DNA of 54,640 nucleotides, from the NCBI GenBank assembly GCA_036795065.1, contig DAIRFN010000002.1:1-54640 (forward strand), given 5' to 3'. Numbering within the stretch: the stretch's first letter is position 1; every line of letters begins with the position of its first letter. Shown one piece after another: positions 30,181-37,214 of the stretch. The notes under the pieces were generated by a model. That model saw only the letters and a list, made by a program, of their open reading frames with translations. It had not been told where the DNA came from and made no database searches. This DNA comes from Vicinamibacterales bacterium (GTDB lineage Bacteria > Acidobacteriota > Vicinamibacteria > Vicinamibacterales > UBA2999). The position numbers and the translations under genes were made by a program.

Positions 30181-30209
30181 TTGTCAAAGATTTGACAGCC
30201 GTTGTCAAG
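30181..30209. promoter_or_regulatory. Candidate operator: TTGTCAAA / TTTGACA / TTGTCAAG repeats in the divergent promoter region
   Basis: TTGTCAAA 30181-30188, inverted TTTGACA 30191-30197, TTGTCAAG 30202-30209. They start 10 nt upstream of the enhancer-binding-protein (EBP) gene start codon. Confidence 0.4.
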
Positions 30210-30354
30210 GCTGCACGCCTAATCCCACGGTGGCAGGAACCGATAGTTGAACTTGAGCGCGCACCGGCCCGACAGGACAGGTGACGCGCGAGACATCAAC
30301 GCCGGCGGCTACGGCCAGGAGGCAGGACACGTGGAACGTCAAACTGTGAGCATC

Positions 30355-30525
30355 ATGAAAGCGTGCGAGCTCGTGGGCGTCAGCCGACGCACGATCTACA
30401 ACTGGATCGCGGCCGGCAAGGTCGAGTACGTGCGGACGGCTGGCGGCAGCATCCGGATCTTCGTCGACACGCTGTGGCGGCAGCCCGACGGCTCGGCTCC
30501 GACGGCTCCGAACGCGGCGGTCTAA
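30355..30525 (+). CDS. Small excisionase/MerR-like helix-turn-helix DNA-binding protein
   Basis: MKACELVGVSRRTIYNWIAAGKVEYVRTAGGSIRIFVDTLW matches the HTH_17 / excisionase-family pattern. The start is trimmed from TTG 30247; GTG 30346 is also possible. Confidence 0.7.
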   Translation: MKACELVGVSRRTIYNWIAAGKVEYVRTAGGSIRIFVDTLWRQPDGSAPTAPNAAV

Positions 30526-30529
30526 GCAC

Positions 30530-30784
30530 GTGCTGACTGGACCGCAGGCGCCCATCGGGACAAGCATGGAAGGCTCCGTGTCGGGATTCGACGCCGACAA
30601 CCTGCGGTCGCTCATCCACCGCCTGAACAACCAGCTCGGTGTCATCCTCGCGCACGCCGAGCTGCTCGAGGCCAAGGCGCCAGACGAAGGCCAGCGCGCG
30701 CGCGCCACCCAGGTGGTCTCGGCCGCGTTGCAGGCGATGAGCCTGGCGCGCGAGATCCGCACGACGATGGCCCGGTCCGACTAG
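30530..30784 (+). CDS. Stand-alone histidine-kinase DHp (H-box) mini-protein with no catalytic ATPase domain
   Basis: 84 aa (72 aa if it starts at ATG 30566). LIHRLNNQLGVILAHAELLEAK...RATQVVSAALQAMSLAREI forms a two-helix pattern. It parallels the H-box of the neighbouring kinase (VAHELNNPLATILSWAERL). Third-position GC is high. Confidence 0.55.
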   Translation: MLTGPQAPIGTSMEGSVSGFDADNLRSLIHRLNNQLGVILAHAELLEAKAPDEGQRARATQVVSAALQAMSLAREIRTTMARSD

Positions 30785-30805
30785 GGCGTTTTCGTTCGTG
30801 CCTGG

Positions 30806-30824
30806 GGTCGGCGCCCTGCCGACC
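30806..30824 (+). terminator. Candidate hairpin terminator after the HTH/DHp gene pair
   Basis: GGTCGGC-GCCCT-GCCGACC, 22 nt after the stop. It is followed by a comparatively A/T-rich stretch, but there is no clean U-tract. Confidence 0.35.
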
Positions 30825-30930
30825 ACTCTACAATTTCGCAATTTGCTTACGGATTTGTGATCGGGCCACGCTCGTGGCTCGATCGGGGTCCCTTTCTGCG
30901 CATTCCTGCATGAAAAAGCCCGCCGAAACA

Positions 30931-30978
30931 CGTCAAATGGTTGACGAAATCCTCGTCAAAATCGTCAAAGCCGTGACG
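30931..30978. promoter_or_regulatory. Candidate upstream activator sites (CGTCAA repeats) for the -24/-12 promoter
   Basis: Perfect inverted repeat CGTCAA-ATGG-TTGACG (30931-30946), CGTCAAA at 30954 and 30963, and GTGACG at 30973. They lie 120-170 nt upstream of the -24 element, the usual distance for enhancer-binding-protein sites. Confidence 0.4.
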
Positions 30979-31098
30979 GCAGAGCCGGATCGCGGCCGAT
31001 CGACGCGCTCGAAAACGAATCTGCTAAGCGCTTTTATTTCAGTAGCTTACAGTCTTGGTCCGGGTTTGTGCCCGTCGCTCCACGCTCCTGCACAATCT

Positions 31099-31114
31099 TG
31101 GCATCGAGGTTGCC
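31099..31114 (+). promoter_or_regulatory. Sigma-54 (-24/-12) promoter candidate
   Basis: TGGCAT-CGAGG-TTGCC, with GG at 31100-31101 and GC at 31112-31113. The spacing matches the consensus TGGCAC-N5-TTGC exactly. It lies 37 nt upstream of ATG 31151, with GGAGG in between. Confidence 0.6.
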
Positions 31115-31150
31115 TCTATGGGGGTCGGGACCTAACCCTGGGTCCGGAGG

Positions 31151-32188
31151 ATGAGCGAACGAATGACTGTCGAAGCCAGCGCCGCAACCAACCGCGTCGA
31201 AGCCGGATTGCCCTTCGTCGAAGCCCTCGCACGTCGGATGGCGGCCACCATGCCGCACTCGATTGACCTCGGTGACCTCGTCCAGGACGGGGTGATCGGG
31301 CTCATCGACGCGGCCCAGCGGTTCGATGGGAGCCGCGGGATCAAGTTCGAGACGTTTGCCGAGCGTCGCATCCGCGGGGCGATGATCGATGCGCTGCGCA
31401 AGGATGCCTGGCCCCGCGGCGTGCGCCGCGTGCGTCGCGAGCTCGAGGCGGCTCGCGAGAAGCTGCGCGCCCAGCTCGGGCACGAGCCGTCGCTGGCCGA
31501 CCTTGCCGCCGCCGTCGGTTCCGACGAGAAGCGGCTGGGAAAGACCATCGTCCGCATCAACACCATCGAGTCCACGTCGCCTTACTCGACCGCCGAGCAG
31601 GTGGACGAGCAGCAGCTGCCGGCCGTGCTGATGCCGGCCGAGCCCGAGCGGCCCGATGCGCTCTACGAACAGGGCGAGGTGCGCGAACGCGTCCGCCGCG
31701 CGCTGGCCACGCTGCCGGCCCGGGAGCAGCGGGTGGTCTCGCTCTACTACTACGGCGAAGTGACGATGAAGGAGATCGGCAGCGAGCTAGGGGTGAACGA
31801 GTCGCGCGTGTCGCAGCTGCACGCGCGGGCGCTGAGGCGCCTGCGCGAGGCGCTCGGCGCGGATGCGACCCCGGCGGTTGCCGCGAAGTCGCTGCGCGCG
31901 GCCATTCTGGCCTTCCAGGTGAAGCCGGTGATGGCCAAGGCCTCGCTGCCCATGTCCGACACGCGCGTGGCCGCGCACGCCGAGCGGCGTGCCACCTCCG
32001 CGGTGGTGGTGCCCTACGACAGGGTGTCGCGTGCCGCCCGCAGCAAGTCGCCGAGTCTGAACGGCTTGGACAGCCAGCGGCAGCCGGTTTCTTCGAGAAA
32101 CCGCTCGGCGTCGGTGCCCGCCACGTCGCCCGTGACGAAGATCACTCGGCGCGCCAGGGCCGGTGTCGCCGCGGCCATCGCGCGGTAG
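31151..32188 (+). CDS. FliA/WhiG (sigma-28) family RNA polymerase sigma factor with a C-terminal tail of about 110 aa
   Basis: Region 2: DLVQDGVIGLIDAAQRFDGSRGIKFETFAERRIRGAMIDALRK. Region 4: REQRVVSLYYYGEVTMKEIGSELGVNESRVSQLHARALRRLREAL. The ORF then continues to 32188 and overlaps the convergent kinase gene. Confidence 0.85.
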   Translation: MSERMTVEASAATNRVEAGLPFVEALARRMAATMPHSIDLGDLVQDGVIGLIDAAQRFDGSRGIKFETFAERRIRGAMIDALRKDAWPRGVRRVRRELEAAREKLRAQLGHEPSLADLAAAVGSDEKRLGKTIVRINTIESTSPYSTAEQVDEQQLPAVLMPAEPERPDALYEQGEVRERVRRALATLPAREQRVVSLYYYGEVTMKEIGSELGVNESRVSQLHARALRRLREALGADATPAVAAKSLRAAILAFQVKPVMAKASLPMSDTRVAAHAERRATSAVVVPYDRVSRAARSKSPSLNGLDSQRQPVSSRNRSASVPATSPVTKITRRARAGVAAAIAR

Positions 32189-33534
32189 AACTGCATGCCA
32201 TCGATCCGCGGCATCTTCAGGTCGCAGACGATCAGCTCGTAGGACTGTTCGGCGAGGCGGGTCAGGCCCTCCTCGCCGTCACCCGCCCGATCCACGACGA
32301 AGCCGGCGTCGCCGAGCGCCTCGGACACGGCCACGGCCAGCGCCGGCTCGTCTTCCACCAGCAGCACGCGCGCGCCCTTGAACTGGTCCAGCGAGACCGA
32401 TCCGGTCTGCGGCGCGGCGGCGCCTGCCGGCGCCGGGCGCATGGCAACGGGAAGCTCCACGCAGAACGAGGCCCCGGTCTTCCCTTCCGACCTGACCCAG
32501 ATGCGCCCGCCGTGCTCCTGCACCAGCGCATAGGCCACGCTCAGCCCGAGACCGGTGCCCTTCCCCACTTCCTTCGTGGTGAAGAACGGGTCGAAGATCC
32601 GCGACTGCACCTCGGGCGGTACCCCCGGCCCGTCGTCGTTGATCTCGAGCAGCACGCTGCCCTTCTCGGGGTCGTGCCACGTGCGGACGACGAGCGTGCC
32701 ACGGCCGTGCGTGGTGAGCATGGCCTGCTCGGCGTTGATGACGAGGTTGAGCAGCACCTGCTTGATCTGGTGCGCGTCGGCAAAAACCTGCGGCAGCCCC
32801 GACGCGAGCGCCTCGATGAGGGTGATGTTCGAGACGCGCTGCTCGTAGGTGCGCAGCGCCAGCGTCTCCTTCACCACCTGGTTCACGTCCACCATCGCCC
32901 GTGTGCTCTGGCGCTTGCGCGCGAAGGTGAGCAGGTTGCGGACGATGCGCGCGGCGCGCTCGGCCTCGCCGAGGATGACGGCCAGCCCGCGCCGCGTCTT
33001 CTCGTCGGGGGGTTGGTCCGACAGCCGCTCGGCCCACGAGAGAATCGTCGCGAGCGGGTTGTTCAGCTCGTGGGCGACGCCGGAGATGGTGTGTCCGAGG
33101 GCGGCCATCTTCTCGGCCTGCAGGAGCTGGGCCTGGATGTCGCGCGACTGGTCGTCGAGCTTGCGCCGCTCGCCGACGTCGCGGAGCACGGCCTCGACAC
33201 GAAGGCCTTCCCCGGGAGCCCCCGGCTCCGCCGTGGCGGTCACCTCGACCCACGCGATCGAGTTGTCGAGCCGGCGGAGCCGCACCAGGTGATCGGAGAC
33301 GGCACCGGCCTTGCGAAGGCGGTCGAGGAGAGAGGCGCGCGCTTCGGGGTCCACGAAGCGGGGCGAATCGAACGGGCGCACCTGATCCCCGGCGTGCTCC
33401 GGGGGATAGCCGAGGATGAGCTTGAGGTGCGCGTTGACCGCGAGGGTGGTGGACGCGGCCGCGTCCAGGGTGCCGATGTAGAAGCCTTCGTGGGCCCCCT
33501 CGAAGAAGCGCGCGAAGCGCGCGACGTCCGTCAC
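32014..33534 (-). CDS. Cytoplasmic hybrid sensor histidine kinase (PAS-HisKA-HATPase_c-REC; no HPt domain)
   Basis: 506 aa. H-box GVAHELNNPLATI, N/G boxes (NLVINAEQAM, DDGPGVPPE, GTGLGLSV), and a C-terminal receiver (VLLVEDEPALA...ELIVCDLKMPRIDG...LSKPF). No TM segments. Confidence 0.9.
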   Translation of the reverse strand: MTDVARFARFFEGAHEGFYIGTLDAAASTTLAVNAHLKLILGYPPEHAGDQVRPFDSPRFVDPEARASLLDRLRKAGAVSDHLVRLRRLDNSIAWVEVTATAEPGAPGEGLRVEAVLRDVGERRKLDDQSRDIQAQLLQAEKMAALGHTISGVAHELNNPLATILSWAERLSDQPPDEKTRRGLAVILGEAERAARIVRNLLTFARKRQSTRAMVDVNQVVKETLALRTYEQRVSNITLIEALASGLPQVFADAHQIKQVLLNLVINAEQAMLTTHGRGTLVVRTWHDPEKGSVLLEINDDGPGVPPEVQSRIFDPFFTTKEVGKGTGLGLSVAYALVQEHGGRIWVRSEGKTGASFCVELPVAMRPAPAGAAAPQTGSVSLDQFKGARVLLVEDEPALAVAVSEALGDAGFVVDRAGDGEEGLTRLAEQSYELIVCDLKMPRIDGMQFYRAMAAATPALARRVIFVTGDVAGTDAERFLEETGCRWLSKPFRLGDLLRAARDTLS

Positions 33535-33601
33535 TACCCATCAATTTAGCGCATCTCCGGGTTTGACACGCTCCGGGTGTGCAGCTAGGCTCAGCTAGCG
33601 C

Positions 33602-34816
33602 ATGAAGATATTCGGCCGCCAGGACCTTCTGCCGCTCGTCGGACTCGCGGCAGCCATCGTGGTCCTGTTCTCGGCACCCATTTCACGCCTCTTTTCCTTT
33701 GCCCGCCAGGTCGAGGAACAAAGCGGGTTGGCGCTCGTGCCGGCACTCGTCATGCTGGCGGTGGTCCTCATCGTCCACGAGGTACGCAAGCGTTACCAGG
33801 CCCAGACCGACGCCGCAGTGGCCGCCACCATGCGGCGCGAGGCGGACATCCGCACCGAGGAGACGGAGCGGCTCGTCTCGTTCGGCCAGGCGCTTGGCCG
33901 CTCGAGTGACTTCGACGCCATCCGCGTCAGCATCGCGCGCTACCTGCCGGCGATTGCGGGCACCGAGCGGATATGGGTGCTCGTGCGGGAGGGCACGCAG
34001 TGGGAGGCGCTGGCCGGCGACACCCGCGGGAGCGAGGAGACGCTCAGATGGGGTGATCTCGCGGAGCAGCTGCTGGCCGGCCAGGCCGGCGATGGCGACG
34101 ACGCGCACGCGGTTGGCTTTCCGCTGATGGCGGGTTCGTCCGCGATCGGCGTACTCGGCGTCCGCATGACGGACGGCCCCTTGTTGCCGGAGCGCCGCCG
34201 GGCCGTGGAGGCCGCGGCGCCGCTGCTGGCCCTCTCTATCAGGCATGCGCAGCTCGCGCGCGAGGTGCGCGAGAACAGCGTGCGCGATGCGCTGACCGGC
34301 TGCTTCACGCGCGGACACGCCATGGAGGTGATCGACGCCGAGCTTCGGCGCGCGCGACGCAGCCAGGAGCCCGTGTCGCTGATTGTGTTCGACGTTGATC
34401 GTCTGAAGGACGTCAACGACCGCCACGGCCATCTCTGTGGCGACGCGGTGCTCGCCGTCATCGGCAAGCGCATGCGCGAGGTGCTGCGAGGCTCGGACCT
34501 GAAGTGCCGGTATTCGGGCGAGCAGTTCCTCGTGCTGCTGCCCGAGACGCCGGTGCCGGGCGCTCGGCGCGTGGCCGAGACGCTGAGGCGCGAGGTGGCC
34601 GACCGGCCGGTGCCATGGGCGGGCGAGGACCTGCGCATCACCGCGAGTTTCGGCCTGGCCCACGCGCTCCCCGGCGAGGTGAACGTCCAGGCGCTCATCG
34701 CCCGCGCTGACCATGCGCAGTACCGGGCCAAGGAAGAAGGCGGCAACTGCGTCCGCATTGCCGCCGACACGACACCGGTGGCCGCCGACGGCGACTCCCG
34801 TCACCACGCCCAGTGA
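33602..34816 (+). CDS. Membrane-anchored GGDEF-domain protein with a degenerate active site (SGEQF) and an intact RxxD I-site
   Basis: 404 aa with two N-terminal TM segments and a GAF-like middle region. The GGDEF domain has FDVDRLKDVNDRHGHLCGD, RGSD (34487-34498) and RYSGEQF (SGEQF at 34514-34528). Confidence 0.85.
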   Translation: MKIFGRQDLLPLVGLAAAIVVLFSAPISRLFSFARQVEEQSGLALVPALVMLAVVLIVHEVRKRYQAQTDAAVAATMRREADIRTEETERLVSFGQALGRSSDFDAIRVSIARYLPAIAGTERIWVLVREGTQWEALAGDTRGSEETLRWGDLAEQLLAGQAGDGDDAHAVGFPLMAGSSAIGVLGVRMTDGPLLPERRRAVEAAAPLLALSIRHAQLAREVRENSVRDALTGCFTRGHAMEVIDAELRRARRSQEPVSLIVFDVDRLKDVNDRHGHLCGDAVLAVIGKRMREVLRGSDLKCRYSGEQFLVLLPETPVPGARRVAETLRREVADRPVPWAGEDLRITASFGLAHALPGEVNVQALIARADHAQYRAKEEGGNCVRIAADTTPVAADGDSRHHAQ

Positions 34817-34847
34817 CCTCCCCGGACTCCGGGGACCATCCATCCCG

Positions 34848-35774
34848 ATGACGCGGGAACAGAAGCTGGCCTGGCTGGCCTGGGTGACCATCTGCGTCGT
34901 CTGGGGCACCACCTACCTGGCCATCCGCGTGGCCCTCGAGACGGTCCCCGTGTTCCTGGTGGCCGGTCTCCGGTGGATGGCAGCCGGCGTGGTGCTCGCG
35001 CTCATCGCGCTGGCCATGGGCCGGCGGCTGCCATCTTCGCGCACGTGGGCGAGCCTCGCGCTGCTCGGCTTCCTGATGAATGTCGTGGGCAACGGCTTCG
35101 TCGTCTGGGCCGAGCAGTACGTCGCCAGCGGCCTGACAGCCGTGGTCGTGGCGTCGGTGCCGTTCTGGTCGGTGGGCATCGAAGCGCTGCTGCCGGAAGG
35201 CGAGCGACTCCGGTGGCCGACGGTGGTGGGACTCATGCTGGGGTTCGCGGGCATCGTCGTCCTGGTCTTCCCGCAGATCTCGATGGGAAGCAGCGAAGGG
35301 CGTGCCGTGCTCGGGGGCGTGATGGCCCTGCAGGTGGCCTGCCTGGGATGGGCGCTCGGCACGTCGTACACGAAGCGCCACGCTTCGTCCGGCGACGCGA
35401 TGACCGCTTCCGCGGTGCAGATGCTCTTCAGCGGCGTGATGCTGCTGGGCCTGGCCACCGCGTCTGGTGAGTGGGCCTCACTCCACTTCACCCCCCGAAG
35501 CCTGGGCGCGATGATCTACCTCGCGCTCGCCGGATCGGCGCTCGCCTACACCGCCTACGTCTACGCCGTGGCACACCTTCCCATCTCCACGGTGTCGCTC
35601 TACGCGTATGTGAACCCGCTGATCGCAGTCGTGCTGGGATCGCTGCTGCTCGACGAGCCATTCTCGATGCGCATCGTCGTGGCGGCAACGCTGGTGATGG
35701 CCGGCATCGCGGTGGTGCGAGGAGTACAATCGTCCGGTGCCTCGCCTGCCTCGCCTCGCCGCGCTCGCCCCTGA
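34848..35774 (+). CDS. EamA/DMT-family transporter
   Basis: The start is trimmed to MTREQKLAWLAWVTICVVWGTTYLAIR inside ORF 34713-35774. About 10 TM segments with two EamA repeats. Confidence 0.85.
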   Translation: MTREQKLAWLAWVTICVVWGTTYLAIRVALETVPVFLVAGLRWMAAGVVLALIALAMGRRLPSSRTWASLALLGFLMNVVGNGFVVWAEQYVASGLTAVVVASVPFWSVGIEALLPEGERLRWPTVVGLMLGFAGIVVLVFPQISMGSSEGRAVLGGVMALQVACLGWALGTSYTKRHASSGDAMTASAVQMLFSGVMLLGLATASGEWASLHFTPRSLGAMIYLALAGSALAYTAYVYAVAHLPISTVSLYAYVNPLIAVVLGSLLLDEPFSMRIVVAATLVMAGIAVVRGVQSSGASPASPRRARP

Positions 35775-36696
35775 CTCGGCCGGCTGGGGCTTCTTCCTCT
35801 GCACGTCGAAGGAAGTGCGGACGGGTCGCAGCGGCTCCGACTTCCTGATCCTGACGCTGCAGGACGTGTCGGCGCAGATCACCGCGAAGATCTTCGACGA
35901 CGTTCCGCGGTTCGGCGCCGAGTTCGACGCGGGCGAGTTCGTGCGCGTCGAAGGCAAGGCCAGCGTCTTCAACGGGCAGCTGCAGCTGATCGTGTCGTCG
36001 ATCCGGCGGGTGCACGTCGAGCAGGACCGGCGCGAGGGGTTCCGCGAGGACGAATGCGTGCTGAGCGCGCCGCGCCCCATCGACGAGATGTGGGCCGAGC
36101 TCACCGCGCGGGTCGGCGCGATGCAGGAAGGCCACCTGCGGGTGCTGGTCAGGCGCATCCTGGCCGATCACGAGGCCGAGCTGCGCGAGTGGCCGGCGGC
36201 GCAGGCCATCCACCACGCCTACCGCGGGGGGTTTCTCGAGCACATCGTGAAGATGGCGGAGGTGAGTGAGGGCGTGTCACGGGCCTACGGCGCGGACGCG
36301 GACCTGGTGCTGGCGGGCGTGGTGCTGCACGACATTGGCAAGCTGCAGGAGCTGGCCTACGAAGCTGGCAGTGCCAGCTACACGCGCGACGGCAATCTGA
36401 TCGGCCACATCGCGCTCGGGCTCATCCTGGTGCGCGAGGCCGCGGCCGGGATCTCGGGGTTCCCGATCGAGCTGCGCTCGAAGCTCGAGCACCTCGTGCT
36501 CTCGCATCACGGCTCTCGCGAGCACGGCTCGCCGGTGGAACCGAAGACCATCGAGGCGTTCATCCTGGCGACGGTGGACGAGCTGGACGCGAAGATCAAC
36601 CAGGTGAGACGGGCCGTGCGCGAGGACGTGGGAGAGCGGGAGTTCACCGGCTGGCACAAGCGGCTGGGCCGCGTGCTCTACAAAGGCGGAATATGA
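35737..36696 (+). CDS. yhaM: YhaM-like 3'-5' exoribonuclease (OB-fold + HD domain)
   Basis: 319 aa. N-terminal OB-fold (FLILTLQDVSAQITAKIFD...FVRVEGKASVFNGQLQL) and an HD domain (GGFLEHIVKM...VLHDIGK...SHHG). GTG start, overlapping the EamA gene end by 38 nt. Confidence 0.78.
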   Translation: MPRLPRLAALAPDSAGWGFFLCTSKEVRTGRSGSDFLILTLQDVSAQITAKIFDDVPRFGAEFDAGEFVRVEGKASVFNGQLQLIVSSIRRVHVEQDRREGFREDECVLSAPRPIDEMWAELTARVGAMQEGHLRVLVRRILADHEAELREWPAAQAIHHAYRGGFLEHIVKMAEVSEGVSRAYGADADLVLAGVVLHDIGKLQELAYEAGSASYTRDGNLIGHIALGLILVREAAAGISGFPIELRSKLEHLVLSHHGSREHGSPVEPKTIEAFILATVDELDAKINQVRRAVREDVGEREFTGWHKRLGRVLYKGGI

Positions 36697-36700
36697 AGGG

Positions 36701-37189
36701 TCAGCCGGTCGCCTGATCGCCCGGTTCGCCGTCGCGGGTGCCGAGGGCGAAGGTCATGGTGCCGTTGGCGACGATGCGGTCGCCGACCTTGGCGCGGCCT
36801 TCGAGGACGCCCATGCGATTGCGGAGGCGCTTGACGCGCGCCTCCACCACCAGCACATCGCCCGCGCACACCGGGCCTCGGTAGCGCACGCGCTCGATGC
36901 CGCGGAAGAAGATGAGCAGATCGCGGTACTCGGGCTTCGCCAGGATCAGGATGGCCCCGACCTGCGCCACGACCTCGGTGAGGATGGTTGGCGGAAGCGC
37001 CGGTCGCCCGTCCGGCGATGAGGTCGAGAGATAGCGCTCGTTGAGCGACACGTTCTTGATGCCGACGATGCGCTTGTCGGGTTCGAACTCGGTGATCCGA
37101 TCGACCAGCAGGAACGGGTAGCGGTGGGGAAGAATGCGCTCGATGGCCGAGTAGTCGAACGGCAACGTCAGGGCGAGGTCTTTCTCCAT
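36701..37189 (-). CDS. fabZ: 3-hydroxyacyl-ACP dehydratase FabZ
   Basis: The start is trimmed to MEKDLALTLPFDYSAIERILPHRYPFLLVDRI, the canonical FabZ N-terminus, within ORF 36701-37411. Hot-dog fold; 162 aa. Confidence 0.9.
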   Translation of the reverse strand: MEKDLALTLPFDYSAIERILPHRYPFLLVDRITEFEPDKRIVGIKNVSLNERYLSTSSPDGRPALPPTILTEVVAQVGAILILAKPEYRDLLIFFRGIERVRYRGPVCAGDVLVVEARVKRLRNRMGVLEGRAKVGDRIVANGTMTFALGTRDGEPGDQATG

Positions 37190-37214
37190 TCGTGATTCCC
37201 TCAGTATACTGCTC

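Noticed and set aside
30326-30341. A half parS-like sequence, CAGGACACGTGGAACG, upstream of the small HTH gene.
   Set aside because: Only the right half (CACGTGGAAC) matches. The left arm is not palindromic, giving about 10/16 matches, which is too weak to call a ParB site.
30355-30525. The excisionase-family HTH gene was considered as a marker of a prophage or integrative element.
   Set aside because: There is no integrase, recombinase, tRNA target, flanking direct repeats, phage genes or compositional shift nearby. The gene is embedded among two-component and sigma regulatory genes.
30874-31266. A 130-aa ORF in the spacer upstream of the sigma factor gene, considered as a possible anti-sigma factor or FlgM-like gene.
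   Set aside because: Third-position GC is low for this genome and there is no Shine-Dalgarno sequence. It runs through the -24/-12 element and into the sigma gene in another frame. The region is better explained as regulatory DNA (CGTCAA sites plus promoter).
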